This document shows positions 35,601 to 44,624 of a stretch of DNA of 64,000 nucleotides, piece by piece. The stretch is taken from positions 4,377-68,376 of the forward strand of contig DYLH01000003.1 in the NCBI GenBank assembly GCA_020722185.1. Direction: 5' to 3'. Origin of the DNA: Candidatus Avelusimicrobium gallicola. Lineage in GTDB: Bacteria > Elusimicrobiota > Elusimicrobia > Elusimicrobiales > UBA9959. The position numbers were made by a program, and so were the translations under genes. The notes under the pieces were generated by a model. That model ran no database searches and had not been told where the DNA came from. It worked only from the letters and a program-made list of their open reading frames with translations. The first letter of the stretch is position 1. Each line of letters opens with the position of its first letter.

Positions 35601-36302
35601 TTATTTTATATTCCATATTTTGTGAAGCTGTGGCAAAAGCCTAGCGCCCTTAAGATGATAAGCTTCTCTATAAAATTTGTCATAAGCTGAAAAATTCCTT
35701 TTTTTCAAAAATTCACCACTTTCCGGTTGTATAAAAAAGTTTGTTTCAGGCAATATCTTTTTTACAAGTCGAGCCGCTTTTTTAAATTCACTTATGGGTG
35801 TATTTAATGAAACTACCACCTTAACACAGGCTTTTTTCCCACACATAGAGATAAATCTCTCATGTATTTTCCACATATCAACTCCCGTTTGTGAAGGAAA
35901 TTTTATATCAGCCGATATATGATGAATATGCTTGATAACTTTTTTAAGATTTTCTGGCAAGGTGCCATTTGTCTCCAATCTAAATATAAATTTCTTTTTT
36001 AAAAGTTTTAGGCAAATTTCTTTTATAAAATCGCAATAAAGCAATGGCTCTCCTCCAGTAAACGAAATTGCTTTTGTCTTGTATTTAAAGGAAAGTTTTC
36101 TTATAATCGAAATGACATCAGAGATAGAAAGTTCTTTGCCTTTTTCTCTCGAGGCAGGCTCATCGCAATACGTACATCTCATATTACATCCAGAAAACCT
36201 TACAAAAATTTGCTTCTCCCCCGCAAAAAGTCCCTCCCCTTGCCATGAACAAAATATTTCGCTTATTGGCGCTTTCTTTTCTTTCATAGATATAACAATC
36301 AT
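35601..36302 (-). CDS. queE: 7-carboxy-7-deazaguanine synthase (radical SAM)
   Basis: CSWQGEG...FVRFSGCNMRCTYCDE, then FTGGEPLL. Confidence 0.88.
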   Translation of the reverse strand: MIVISMKEKKAPISEIFCSWQGEGLFAGEKQIFVRFSGCNMRCTYCDEPASREKGKELSISDVISIIRKLSFKYKTKAISFTGGEPLLYCDFIKEICLKLLKKKFIFRLETNGTLPENLKKVIKHIHHISADIKFPSQTGVDMWKIHERFISMCGKKACVKVVVSLNTPISEFKKAARLVKKILPETNFFIQPESGEFLKKRNFSAYDKFYREAYHLKGARLLPQLHKIWNIK

Positions 36303-36964
36303 AACTCTAGGGCTGGATCTTTGACACCTGCTTCTTCAAATCCCTTAGCTCTCAACTTACATGAATCGCAATATCCGCATGGTTTTTCCCCGCCACTATA
36401 ACAAGACCATGTGTATTTCAAAGGAACTTGAAGTTTCAAAGCAAGACGGACTATCTGAGCTTTGCTTTTGTGAATTATTGGGGTCAATATCTTTATCTTT
36501 TTCCCCAAAGTTGGATTTTTGGTCCCAAGATTTACAGCTTTATTTAGCACTTTATAGAAATCTGGACGGCAATCAGGATATCCTGAGTAGTCTATAGCAT
36601 TAGGACCCATAACTACAGCTTCAGCGCCTATAGCGTCTGCAAGTGAGATTCCTATGGAAGCAAACATCAAATTTCTTCCCGGAACATATGTAGAAGGAAT
36701 ATCTGTTTTTTTTATGCTTCCCTTAGGAATTTTCTTATTTTTGTCGACTAATGAGCTTGTCTTAAGCCATGGTAAGGAAAGGTTTAATTCAATGAGCGGC
36801 ACATTCAAAATAGAAGCTATTTTTTTTGCGGCTTTATTTTCTCTGTCATGTCTTTGTCCATAAAAAAAAGAAATGGCAGTGCATTTATATTCTTTACTTA
36901 TAGCCCAGGCAAGGCATGTGGATGAATCCAAACCGCCAGAAAAAAGAACAACAGCTTTCTTCAT
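36299..36964 (-). CDS. queC: 7-cyano-7-deazaguanine synthase
   Basis: VVLFSGGLDSSTC PP-loop. C-terminal Zn cluster WSCY...CGYCDSCKLR. Confidence 0.93.
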   Translation of the reverse strand: MKKAVVLFSGGLDSSTCLAWAISKEYKCTAISFFYGQRHDRENKAAKKIASILNVPLIELNLSLPWLKTSSLVDKNKKIPKGSIKKTDIPSTYVPGRNLMFASIGISLADAIGAEAVVMGPNAIDYSGYPDCRPDFYKVLNKAVNLGTKNPTLGKKIKILTPIIHKSKAQIVRLALKLQVPLKYTWSCYSGGEKPCGYCDSCKLRAKGFEEAGVKDPALEL

Positions 36965-37647
36965 TTTCCGTCCCCAATGACATTAAACACTCTGGCGCTT
37001 ATTCCTGAAAGCAGGGCAGATGGCAAAACTTCTAAATTTCCCATGTTCATTATTATCTCCAAGTCTTTTTTTGCAGTTTGAGGTTTAAAATTCATCAATT
37101 CAAGTATCCTTCCGGTTTTATGGATATCAAAAATTATTTCCCTATCAACAGAGTTTTCAATTATAGATTTATGGAAAGCCTCAGCCGCTATGAAATCCTC
37201 GACATGATTTCTGTTGTAGAAAATGCAAGCTGGAACTATGAGTATATCATCCTCTCTTTGACTTAGATAAGAAAGTAATTGAGGCAGATTATGAAAACCT
37301 GCTATAAGAATTTCTTTTGCTCTACTACAAGCCATAACAGCCCTAGAACCAGAATTAGTCACAACTATGGCTGGTTTAAGCGGATGAGATTCATTTAAAG
37401 CCTGGAAAGGAGAATTGTCGAATTTTTCAATATCTTCTATATTAATTTCAGAGAAAAATTCTGACTCTGGATTATTTCTATAAAACAATATAGCTTCTTC
37501 TTTAGACTTAAAAACTTTTATATCCTTTTTACCTGATTTAATAAGGCAGGCAATAGTGCATGAAAATCTGAAAAGATCTATGACTATGGCAGTAGATGTA
37601 AAATTAAAGACTTCTTCTTTGTCAAAGGCAATTCTAACTTTTTTCAT
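36961..37647 (-). CDS. ComB-like 2-phosphosulfolactate phosphatase-family protein
   Basis: 228 aa. AIVIDLFRFSCTI and VVTNSGSRAV resemble the family motifs (VIDVLRATTT, TTNGT). 4-nt overlaps with both neighbours. Confidence 0.6.
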   Translation of the reverse strand: MKKVRIAFDKEEVFNFTSTAIVIDLFRFSCTIACLIKSGKKDIKVFKSKEEAILFYRNNPESEFFSEINIEDIEKFDNSPFQALNESHPLKPAIVVTNSGSRAVMACSRAKEILIAGFHNLPQLLSYLSQREDDILIVPACIFYNRNHVEDFIAAEAFHKSIIENSVDREIIFDIHKTGRILELMNFKPQTAKKDLEIIMNMGNLEVLPSALLSGISARVFNVIGDGK

Positions 37648-38051
37648 ATTGGAGACCAGTTTTCCTCTACTGGTTTTTTATTTGCTTTATCTTTATCAAC
37701 ATATTTAATAGCCATTCCACTTAAATAACATTCCAAAGGCAGATCTGGATTGAGGTTTTTATCATAAGAGGAAATAGAGTAGACAAGAGCGTCTGCACCC
37801 ATCTTAGCCGATTTAGACAAGGCCAAATCAACTTGTTTAGCGTCTTCTTTTGGCGAACAAAAATATCTTTCACTATGAAGTATGGCTATGGCGCCAAAGG
37901 GCTTTTTCACTGCATTTCTATCAGTAAAAATTTCTATTTTTGATTTTTTAACTGGAGAAAACCATGGCCCAACCTGTATAACATCAATTCTCTGCATTGC
38001 GCAAGAAACAAAAAGAAAAAATATGAATCCCAAAAACTTATTCATTTTCAC
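37644..38051 (-). CDS. Small lipoprotein, unknown function
   Basis: Lipobox FLFVSC; 135 aa. Confidence 0.6.
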   Translation of the reverse strand: MKMNKFLGFIFFLFVSCAMQRIDVIQVGPWFSPVKKSKIEIFTDRNAVKKPFGAIAILHSERYFCSPKEDAKQVDLALSKSAKMGADALVYSISSYDKNLNPDLPLECYLSGMAIKYVDKDKANKKPVEENWSPI

Positions 38052-38236
38052 TGGGGCAGTTTTATTCCTAAGTCCTTACAAATTTTTTTAACTGAAAAAT
38101 CCGCTATTTCATTATGTCTTGTTACAGGTATCTCTTTTTTATTTGCCGGATTTAAAAAAATTGAATACTTACCGCCTTCTCTTACCAAAACACATCCTTC
38201 TTTAACAAGATGTCTTATAAGATCTTTCCTTTTCAT
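38048..38236 (-). CDS. HicA-family (YcfA-like) small protein with Tyr at the usual catalytic His position
   Basis: MKRKDLIRHLVKEGCVLVREGGKYSIFLNPANKKEIPVTRHNEI...ICKDLGI matches the REGxxHxxxxNP...PRHxEI...IxxxLGI type. ATG 38236 preceded by GGGAGG. Confidence 0.7.
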   Translation of the reverse strand: MKRKDLIRHLVKEGCVLVREGGKYSIFLNPANKKEIPVTRHNEIADFSVKKICKDLGIKLPQ

Positions 38237-38259
38237 ATAACCTCCCAATAGGGCTTTGG

Positions 38260-38778
38260 TCAATTTCTATCAAATTTGCCAGCTAATTTCCAAAAATAAA
38301 CTCCGTCCTTACCCTGGAATATTTGAAGAATATATATTGTTCCATCCTCATTTTCAAGCACAAGCAAACTTTTTCCGCCATCCATTAAGGTTCCCTTTAC
38401 TTTACCATAATAATTTGGGATAAAACTATCATATCCTTTTGACTGATCCTCATTACTGCTATAATCTAGATTGGCATAGGAGTCACTCTCCATAACATCA
38501 GTCATAACCTCAGAGTATTCATCATCCCCAACATCTTTGTTAGCATTTTTTGCTGAAATTGACGCCGTGCTGATGTTAATAGCAGAAGAAGTTTTATTTA
38601 CTCCTTTTTTATCGATTGCCAAAACATCCTTTTTATTATCAAAATCTGCCTGTGTATTTTTGACAGCCTCATTTTTTTTCACTATACTTGCGTTATTTTT
38701 TGTGGCAGAATCTTTTGTAGTTTGGGCGAAAGTCGACATAACTAAAAAAAGCATAAAAAAAGAAATAATTTTATTCAC
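38260..38778 (-). CDS. Exported protein, unknown function (low-complexity N-half, compact C-terminal domain)
   Basis: Signal peptide MNKIISFFMLFLVMSTFAQ; 172 aa. Confidence 0.55.
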   Translation of the reverse strand: MNKIISFFMLFLVMSTFAQTTKDSATKNNASIVKKNEAVKNTQADFDNKKDVLAIDKKGVNKTSSAINISTASISAKNANKDVGDDEYSEVMTDVMESDSYANLDYSSNEDQSKGYDSFIPNYYGKVKGTLMDGGKSLLVLENEDGTIYILQIFQGKDGVYFWKLAGKFDRN

Positions 38779-38786
38779 AAGACCTC

Positions 38787-39599
38787 CTAAAATCTTTTCA
38801 ACCTTACCGACTTTATATTTAGCCCCAGAAGCTTTCTAGCCAGATACTTAAACTTATCGGGAGCATCACTTACAACAAAAATTTCCTTTCCCTTCTTCTT
38901 TCTAGATAATATACCTTTTGCATATAGATCTTCCTTCAAAAATTTTGCAACACTTTCAGCTGAGTCTATTATCTTATATCCTGATAGGAAAGAGGAAATT
39001 TTCTTTTTGAGCATTGGGTAGTGAGTGCATCCAAGTATTAAAACACCGCGTTTTTTTTCTTTTAACTCGAAAAGGTATTCATATATAATTTCATCTGCTA
39101 TTTTTTTGTCTGACCATCCTTCTTCAACAAGCGGGACAAACAGCGGACAGGCCTTTTGAAAAACTTTAAAAGAAGGATTTATCCTTTTCAACTCTTTTTC
39201 ATAAGCTTTGCTATTTACCATAGCAGTGGTCCCTATTACCGATATATTGCCAGACACTGCGGCTCCGGCAGATTCTATGGCGCCCGGTTTTATAACCCCT
39301 ATGACTGGAACTTTTGAAAATTTTTCTACCTCTTTTAATGCTATTGCAGAAACTGTATTACAAGCTACAACTATGGCTTTTACATTGAGAGACTTAAACC
39401 AAACTGAAATTTCAGACGCAAATTTTTTCACTGCGAGTGGAGACTTTGTTCCATATGGAACTCTTGCCGTATCACCAAAATATATCAAATCTTCATTTGG
39501 CAGCATTCGCCTTATTTCTTTCAAAACAGTAAGTCCACCAATCCCAGAATCAAAAATTCCTATTGGGCGATTATTTAATCCATTCTTTTTTTCTCGCAT
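38787..39599 (-). CDS. murI: Glutamate racemase
   Basis: IGIFDSGIGGLTV, VVACNTVS, ILGCTHYP. Confidence 0.95.
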   Translation of the reverse strand: MREKKNGLNNRPIGIFDSGIGGLTVLKEIRRMLPNEDLIYFGDTARVPYGTKSPLAVKKFASEISVWFKSLNVKAIVVACNTVSAIALKEVEKFSKVPVIGVIKPGAIESAGAAVSGNISVIGTTAMVNSKAYEKELKRINPSFKVFQKACPLFVPLVEEGWSDKKIADEIIYEYLFELKEKKRGVLILGCTHYPMLKKKISSFLSGYKIIDSAESVAKFLKEDLYAKGILSRKKKGKEIFVVSDAPDKFKYLARKLLGLNIKSVRLKRF

Positions 39600-41124
39600 A
39601 TTCTTTTAACCCTTCATAAATGGCTTGTGCAACCTTTTTTCTGACTTTTGGATTATTCATATTCTTCTGATCTGTGGGATTAGTCATAAAACCTGTTTCC
39701 ACAAGTATGCCAGGGCAATAACTTCCTCTCAAAACATAGAAGGCAGCTTGTTTTATGCCCCTATTTTGAAAGGGAGTCTTTTTTTCCATAGCTTTTGAAA
39801 CATAGGACGCCAATAAACTTCCCTCATTTATATACTCATTGCGGGCAAGGGAATGCAAGATAAGAGCTGCCGAATCATACACTTTACTATCATCTTCAAG
39901 CGCTATAACAGAGTTTTCATAATCTGCGACTTCAGCAGACCACGGATCACTGGCTTTTTCGGAAAGAAAATATATTTCAAAACCTTTTTCTTTTGAGTGT
40001 CTCGAAGCATTGGCATGTATGGATATAAATATATCGGCATTCTTATCATTTGCTATACGAGATCTTTCATTTAGAGGAATGAATACATCATTGTCTCTAG
40101 TGATAATTGGTTCAAAATATTGATTCAACGATAACAGTTTATACAATTCTTTCGCTATACTTAAGTTTATGTCTTTTTCCTTCATACCGAAACATCTCTT
40201 TCCGCCCGGATCCTTGCCCCCATGACCCGGATCTATTATTATTATCTTTTTTGATCTATTCTTGATTTCAATACTATCCGGGAGCACCGCAACGGCTGTT
40301 GAAGCTGAAGCAGAAGAAACAGGCACCTCAGGAATTATAGTTGGGAGTGGATCTCCTATTCTATTTTCAATTTTTTTTTCTTCTGCTTTAAGGTCTAAAA
40401 CTATTCTATGTGGAGATTCCAGAGTAAATACTGAAGAATCTGAGTAGTTTTCAGTTAAGTCAAAATTGACTTTGACCGATTTACCTTCTTGAAAAACTGA
40501 GATTGAATTCAATACTCCGTCTTTTATTTCTATAGTTTCTTGCGCAACTGGATATGATCCGCCTATTATGGAAAGCACAAGCTTTCCGCCAGTTTGCCTT
40601 GAAACTGAATATTCAAGCGAATCATAAAGGTAGATGACAACTCTTGTTTTATCTTTATATGAAAAATACCTTATAGAACTTATATTTATTTTCTCATAAA
40701 GTTTAAGCAATGAATCTTCATTTGAATATTCCAATCTGAAGCCCAAAGTTTTGGAAAAAGATGGATGCAAAAAAATTTCTTCAGACAAAAAAAACTTCCC
40801 ACCCCTTACCAGCATAGGATTGGAAATCTCTTGAGAATACTCATTGTCATATTTTACAAGATCACTGTCTTTTTGTATGGAGATAGTATGAGATTTAAGC
40901 TGTATCAACATCTTTTTTGAAACCGAATACCAGTAATTCTTTCCGCCAAGCAATCTGGATATCTCTGAAGCATTGTAATATCTTTTTGAAGAAAATACAT
41001 AAACATTAAGTTTTGAAACATACTGATCATTTTTATAAAACTTAACCTTGAAAATAGAGGCTGATGAAGTAATGGGAAGAATAAACAACATTGTAAAAAA
41101 AATAACTTTTCTTATCATAGACAC
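39571..41124 (-). CDS. N-acetylmuramoyl-L-alanine amidase (Amidase_3) with N-terminal targeting/AMIN-like domains
   Basis: IIIDPGHGGKDPG, FISIHANA, GILVETGFMTN. Signal peptide present. Confidence 0.9.
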   Translation of the reverse strand: MSMIRKVIFFTMLFILPITSSASIFKVKFYKNDQYVSKLNVYVFSSKRYYNASEISRLLGGKNYWYSVSKKMLIQLKSHTISIQKDSDLVKYDNEYSQEISNPMLVRGGKFFLSEEIFLHPSFSKTLGFRLEYSNEDSLLKLYEKINISSIRYFSYKDKTRVVIYLYDSLEYSVSRQTGGKLVLSIIGGSYPVAQETIEIKDGVLNSISVFQEGKSVKVNFDLTENYSDSSVFTLESPHRIVLDLKAEEKKIENRIGDPLPTIIPEVPVSSASASTAVAVLPDSIEIKNRSKKIIIIDPGHGGKDPGGKRCFGMKEKDINLSIAKELYKLLSLNQYFEPIITRDNDVFIPLNERSRIANDKNADIFISIHANASRHSKEKGFEIYFLSEKASDPWSAEVADYENSVIALEDDSKVYDSAALILHSLARNEYINEGSLLASYVSKAMEKKTPFQNRGIKQAAFYVLRGSYCPGILVETGFMTNPTDQKNMNNPKVRKKVAQAIYEGLKEYARKKEWIK

Positions 41125-41152
41125 CTCTTATTATTATATTAAAAACTACGAG

Positions 41153-42604
41153 TTATTCGAGTATTATTCTATAATCTTCCCATAATAGCTGTGGATCTGT
41201 TAATATTTTAACGCTTCTATGAACATTTTTTTCTATTAAATCCTGCTTGCTTTTAAGAACCTCTGCAAGCAATGGATGAACAGCTATTCTCAAATTTCCG
41301 CCAGGCCTTCCCATCGTGAGATTTTGTATATCTCGCTGTATATTAAGTCTTATACTCTCGCTTGAGAGCACTCTGCCAGACCCATGGCATTGCGGGCATT
41401 GATCCGTCAGCATACTGAATGTGCTTTCCCTTTTTCTCTCCCTAGTCATTTCCACAAGACCAAGCCTTGTTATGGGAAGTATTCTTATCTTAGCCCTGTC
41501 TTTTTTCACAGCATCTTCAAGCGCTCTTACAACCTTGTGCCTATTAGATGCCTTTCGCATATCTATAAAGTCTATGACTATTATTCCGCCTATATTTCTA
41601 AGCCTTATTTGTCTTGCCACCTCGTAGGCAGCTTCTATGTTCGTTTGAGTAACGGTCTCTTCCTGAGATTTATTGCCTATATATCTTCCGGTGTTCACAT
41701 CTATAGCGCAAAGAGATTCAGCCTCCTGAATTATTATGCTCCCGCCATTTGGTAACTCAACTTTTATTTTTTTAAGTTCTCCAAGTTCGCTTTCTATTTT
41801 GAATGCCTTGAATATCGGCACTTTGCTGTCATAGTATTTAACTCTATCCTTAAGCTCCGGAGAAATTTTTGATATAAATTCCATCACATTCAAGTAATCG
41901 TCTTTATTATCAAGCATGTATATGCTCACATCTTTGGATAAGACATCTCTTGCCACTTGCATAGCAAGACTCATATCTTTCTTGAGCAGATGAGGAGATC
42001 TGACACTTTCATATTTTTTTGTTATTGACTCCCATAAACGCAGCAGATACTTTAACTCCTTATTCAACTCCTCTTCACTGGCTCCCTCGGCCTCAGTTCT
42101 AACTATACACCCCATCTTTTCAAGATTCACCTTTTCAGCCGCTTTCTTTATCATCTCGCTTAATCTTTTCCTCTCTTCCTCATTCTCTATGTTTTTAGAA
42201 ACTCCAACAAACTCCTGATATGGAGTTAAGACAATATATCTGCCAGGCAGGCTTATATCCATAGTCACCTTCATTCCTTTCGTGCTTATAGCGTCCTTGG
42301 TAACCTGAACCATAACATCCTGATCTTTCTTAAGCAATTTTTCTATCCCTTGCCTCTTGTCACCCAATACATCAGATATGTATATGTAGGCATTTTTATC
42401 AAGGCCTATATTTATAAAGGCGCTTGAAATCCCCGGAAGAACATTTTCTACCCTACCTTTGTATATATTTCCCACTATATTTCCTATTGATCTCCTTTCC
42501 CAGAATAGGTCAGAAAGCATACCATCTTCAAGCACAGCTATTCTGGTCTCCTCAAAAGAAGTATTTGCATAAATTTCTCTTTTAATCTCATTGTCTTTTT
42601 CCAT
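41153..42604 (-). CDS. rng: Rne/Rng-family ribonuclease (RNase G/E-like)
   Basis: S1 domain (GNIYKGRVENVLPGISSAFINIG), catalytic core (IDVNTGR, GGIIVIDFIDM), Zn-link CPQCHG. Start at ATG 42604 with GGAGA upstream; the ORF-track start is 42664. Confidence 0.9.
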   Translation of the reverse strand: MEKDNEIKREIYANTSFEETRIAVLEDGMLSDLFWERRSIGNIVGNIYKGRVENVLPGISSAFINIGLDKNAYIYISDVLGDKRQGIEKLLKKDQDVMVQVTKDAISTKGMKVTMDISLPGRYIVLTPYQEFVGVSKNIENEEERKRLSEMIKKAAEKVNLEKMGCIVRTEAEGASEEELNKELKYLLRLWESITKKYESVRSPHLLKKDMSLAMQVARDVLSKDVSIYMLDNKDDYLNVMEFISKISPELKDRVKYYDSKVPIFKAFKIESELGELKKIKVELPNGGSIIIQEAESLCAIDVNTGRYIGNKSQEETVTQTNIEAAYEVARQIRLRNIGGIIVIDFIDMRKASNRHKVVRALEDAVKKDRAKIRILPITRLGLVEMTRERKRESTFSMLTDQCPQCHGSGRVLSSESIRLNIQRDIQNLTMGRPGGNLRIAVHPLLAEVLKSKQDLIEKNVHRSVKILTDPQLLWEDYRIILE

Positions 42605-42627
42605 ATAATTCTCCATGGATTCAACAT

Positions 42628-43296
42628 TTACACGGGATTGAGCCCGCCTGAAGAATCCTTCCAATAAATATTTTTTTTAAGTACTCTTTTTATTTTAGGC
42701 TCTTCGCCGATAAGGCCTTTCAAAATTATTTCAGGTCTCAGCGTTTTGCCATTTACTCTCTTTACAAAAATCCTGAATATATCAAAATCAATATACGCTT
42801 TTTCAATCCATTTTATAATATCCACTGTTTCATTTACTCCTTCCTCACGAGAAAAACTCACTTTGAGCGAAACGGTCTTTAAATTTTCAATAAATTTTTT
42901 TTTAAACCTTTCATCTATCGTTTCAAGCTCTATCTCGTATTCATCCACATTGTCAAGCGATGTAATGGAAGGGAAAAAATTAGGGATGCTTTCAGCCTTC
43001 ATAAAGCGAAATCCCTCAGGAGGAGAACTGAGTATACTATTTAGTTCTCTTATTGAAATATTTTTTTCAAGCCACACATCCACATATTCGCACTCACTGT
43101 AATATCCGCGGGGCAGGGCAGGCCCAAAAGAGAACTTACCTCTTTTGCTTATTTGAGCCACAGGCAAAGTTTTTATAAAAAAATTTCGCAAAGAATATTG
43201 TCCCGACAAAAAACCCTTATCATAAGATTCAAAAGGGCTTTTTGAAAATCTGAGCCTGTACCTATGTGAAGAAATTTTTTCATTTTGAAGGCTCAT
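42628..43296 (-). CDS. DUF2344 / TIGR03936-type (radical-SAM-linked) protein
   Basis: HRYRLRFSK...KFSFGPALPRGYYSECEYVDVWL pattern. ATG 43296 overlaps the rodA stop (ATGA); the ORF-track extension to 43479 lies inside rodA. Confidence 0.7.
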   Translation of the reverse strand: MSLQNEKISSHRYRLRFSKSPFESYDKGFLSGQYSLRNFFIKTLPVAQISKRGKFSFGPALPRGYYSECEYVDVWLEKNISIRELNSILSSPPEGFRFMKAESIPNFFPSITSLDNVDEYEIELETIDERFKKKFIENLKTVSLKVSFSREEGVNETVDIIKWIEKAYIDFDIFRIFVKRVNGKTLRPEIILKGLIGEEPKIKRVLKKNIYWKDSSGGLNPV

Positions 43297-44624
43297 GTTA
43301 TAGAGTACCTCCTGGAATATACTGATTGAAGTAAACCTATTATTATAAAAATTGAAACCATATTTGATCCGCCATATGAAAGCAAAGGAAGAGGAACCCC
43401 AGCAACCGGCAAAAAGCCAAGTATCATGCCAAAATTTATAAGAAAGTAAGAAAAAAAGAGAGAGAAAAATCCTACACATATAAAATAGCCGTAATTGTCC
43501 CTTGCTAAATCAGATATAGTCTTTATTCTATACATTATTATTGCATAAAGACCCATGACTAAGAATATACCAACAAATCCAAGCTCCTCACCTACTACTG
43601 AAAGTATAAAATCAGTATGTCTTTCCGGCACAAACCCAAGCCTGGACTGAGTGCCTGAAAATATTCCTTTGCCAGTAAATCCTCCGGAACCTATAGCTAT
43701 TCTTGCCTGCAACAAATTATATCCCGCCCCTTTCGGATCCTTAGCTGGATCTAAAAAAACTTGCACTCGTTTATATTGATATGATTTTATCTGGTGTTTT
43801 ATGAATACTCCCGTAAGAAATCCCGCTATTAATACTACGGCAAATCCTGCGAAATAAAATCCGCTAATTCTCTTAAAATAATTTAATACTTTCCATGTCG
43901 CAAAAGATAAAAATGCGATGAGAATTATAAAGATCAATGTATTCCAACCTAAATCAGCTAATTCAAAAAATATGGAGATAAAAAAATTATCTGAAAGAGA
44001 TGGATTTAAAACTATTGCAGTCCACAGAAGAGGAAATAGGGAGCTTAAAAAAACATATGATAAAAAAATAGACACGTGGAAAGAAGAAGCTCCGGCCACA
44101 TAAAACATTGAGAAAATAACAGGAATAGTTATTAGTATCCCGGAAAAATCTGGTTGTTTAAGCATTAAAAACATAAATGGAAAAGTTATAAGAAGCCCTA
44201 AGAACAAATAGAAAAATTCAGATATCCTATTTAAATTTCTTTCAAGAAATGAAGACATAGTAAGTATAAGACCTATCCTTGCAAATTCACTTGGCTGAAT
44301 TGAAAAGAAAGTCAGTCTATACCACGATCTGGCTCCTTTTTCAACGCTCCCAAATATAAAAAGTCCAGCCAATACTATAATGGAAAGCGCATAAATATAT
44401 TTCCACTGATCATTAAAAATCTGATAATTTAGAATCCCAAAAAAGCTCATAAAGGCAATTCCGATAAAAAGCGCTATGAAATGAGTTCTTATTATTCTGC
44501 TTTGAGCTGGAAGCATATAGGTGGATGAAATAATGGCAATGGACCCTATGATTACAAGCGCAATAACAAAATAAAAAAGATACCAGTCAAAAACCTTTTT
44601 TTTGATAGTTCCACTTTGCATCAT
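43293..44624 (-). CDS. rodA: Rod-shape-determining SEDS glycosyltransferase RodA
   Basis: FtsW/RodA/SpoVE family (QPSEFARIGLIL, PERHTDFILSVVGEELGF, LPLLSYGGS). Located after mrdA. Confidence 0.93.
   Translation of the reverse strand: MMQSGTIKKKVFDWYLFYFVIALVIIGSIAIISSTYMLPAQSRIIRTHFIALFIGIAFMSFFGILNYQIFNDQWKYIYALSIIVLAGLFIFGSVEKGARSWYRLTFFSIQPSEFARIGLILTMSSFLERNLNRISEFFYLFLGLLITFPFMFLMLKQPDFSGILITIPVIFSMFYVAGASSFHVSIFLSYVFLSSLFPLLWTAIVLNPSLSDNFFISIFFELADLGWNTLIFIILIAFLSFATWKVLNYFKRISGFYFAGFAVVLIAGFLTGVFIKHQIKSYQYKRVQVFLDPAKDPKGAGYNLLQARIAIGSGGFTGKGIFSGTQSRLGFVPERHTDFILSVVGEELGFVGIFLVMGLYAIIMYRIKTISDLARDNYGYFICVGFFSLFFSYFLINFGMILGFLPVAGVPLPLLSYGGSNMVSIFIIIGLLQSVYSRRYSIT

Noticed and set aside
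38048-38263. Complete HicAB toxin-antitoxin system
   Set aside because: No HicB-like partner is adjacent (both neighbours carry export signals), and the catalytic His position is Tyr. Reported only as an orphan HicA-like gene.
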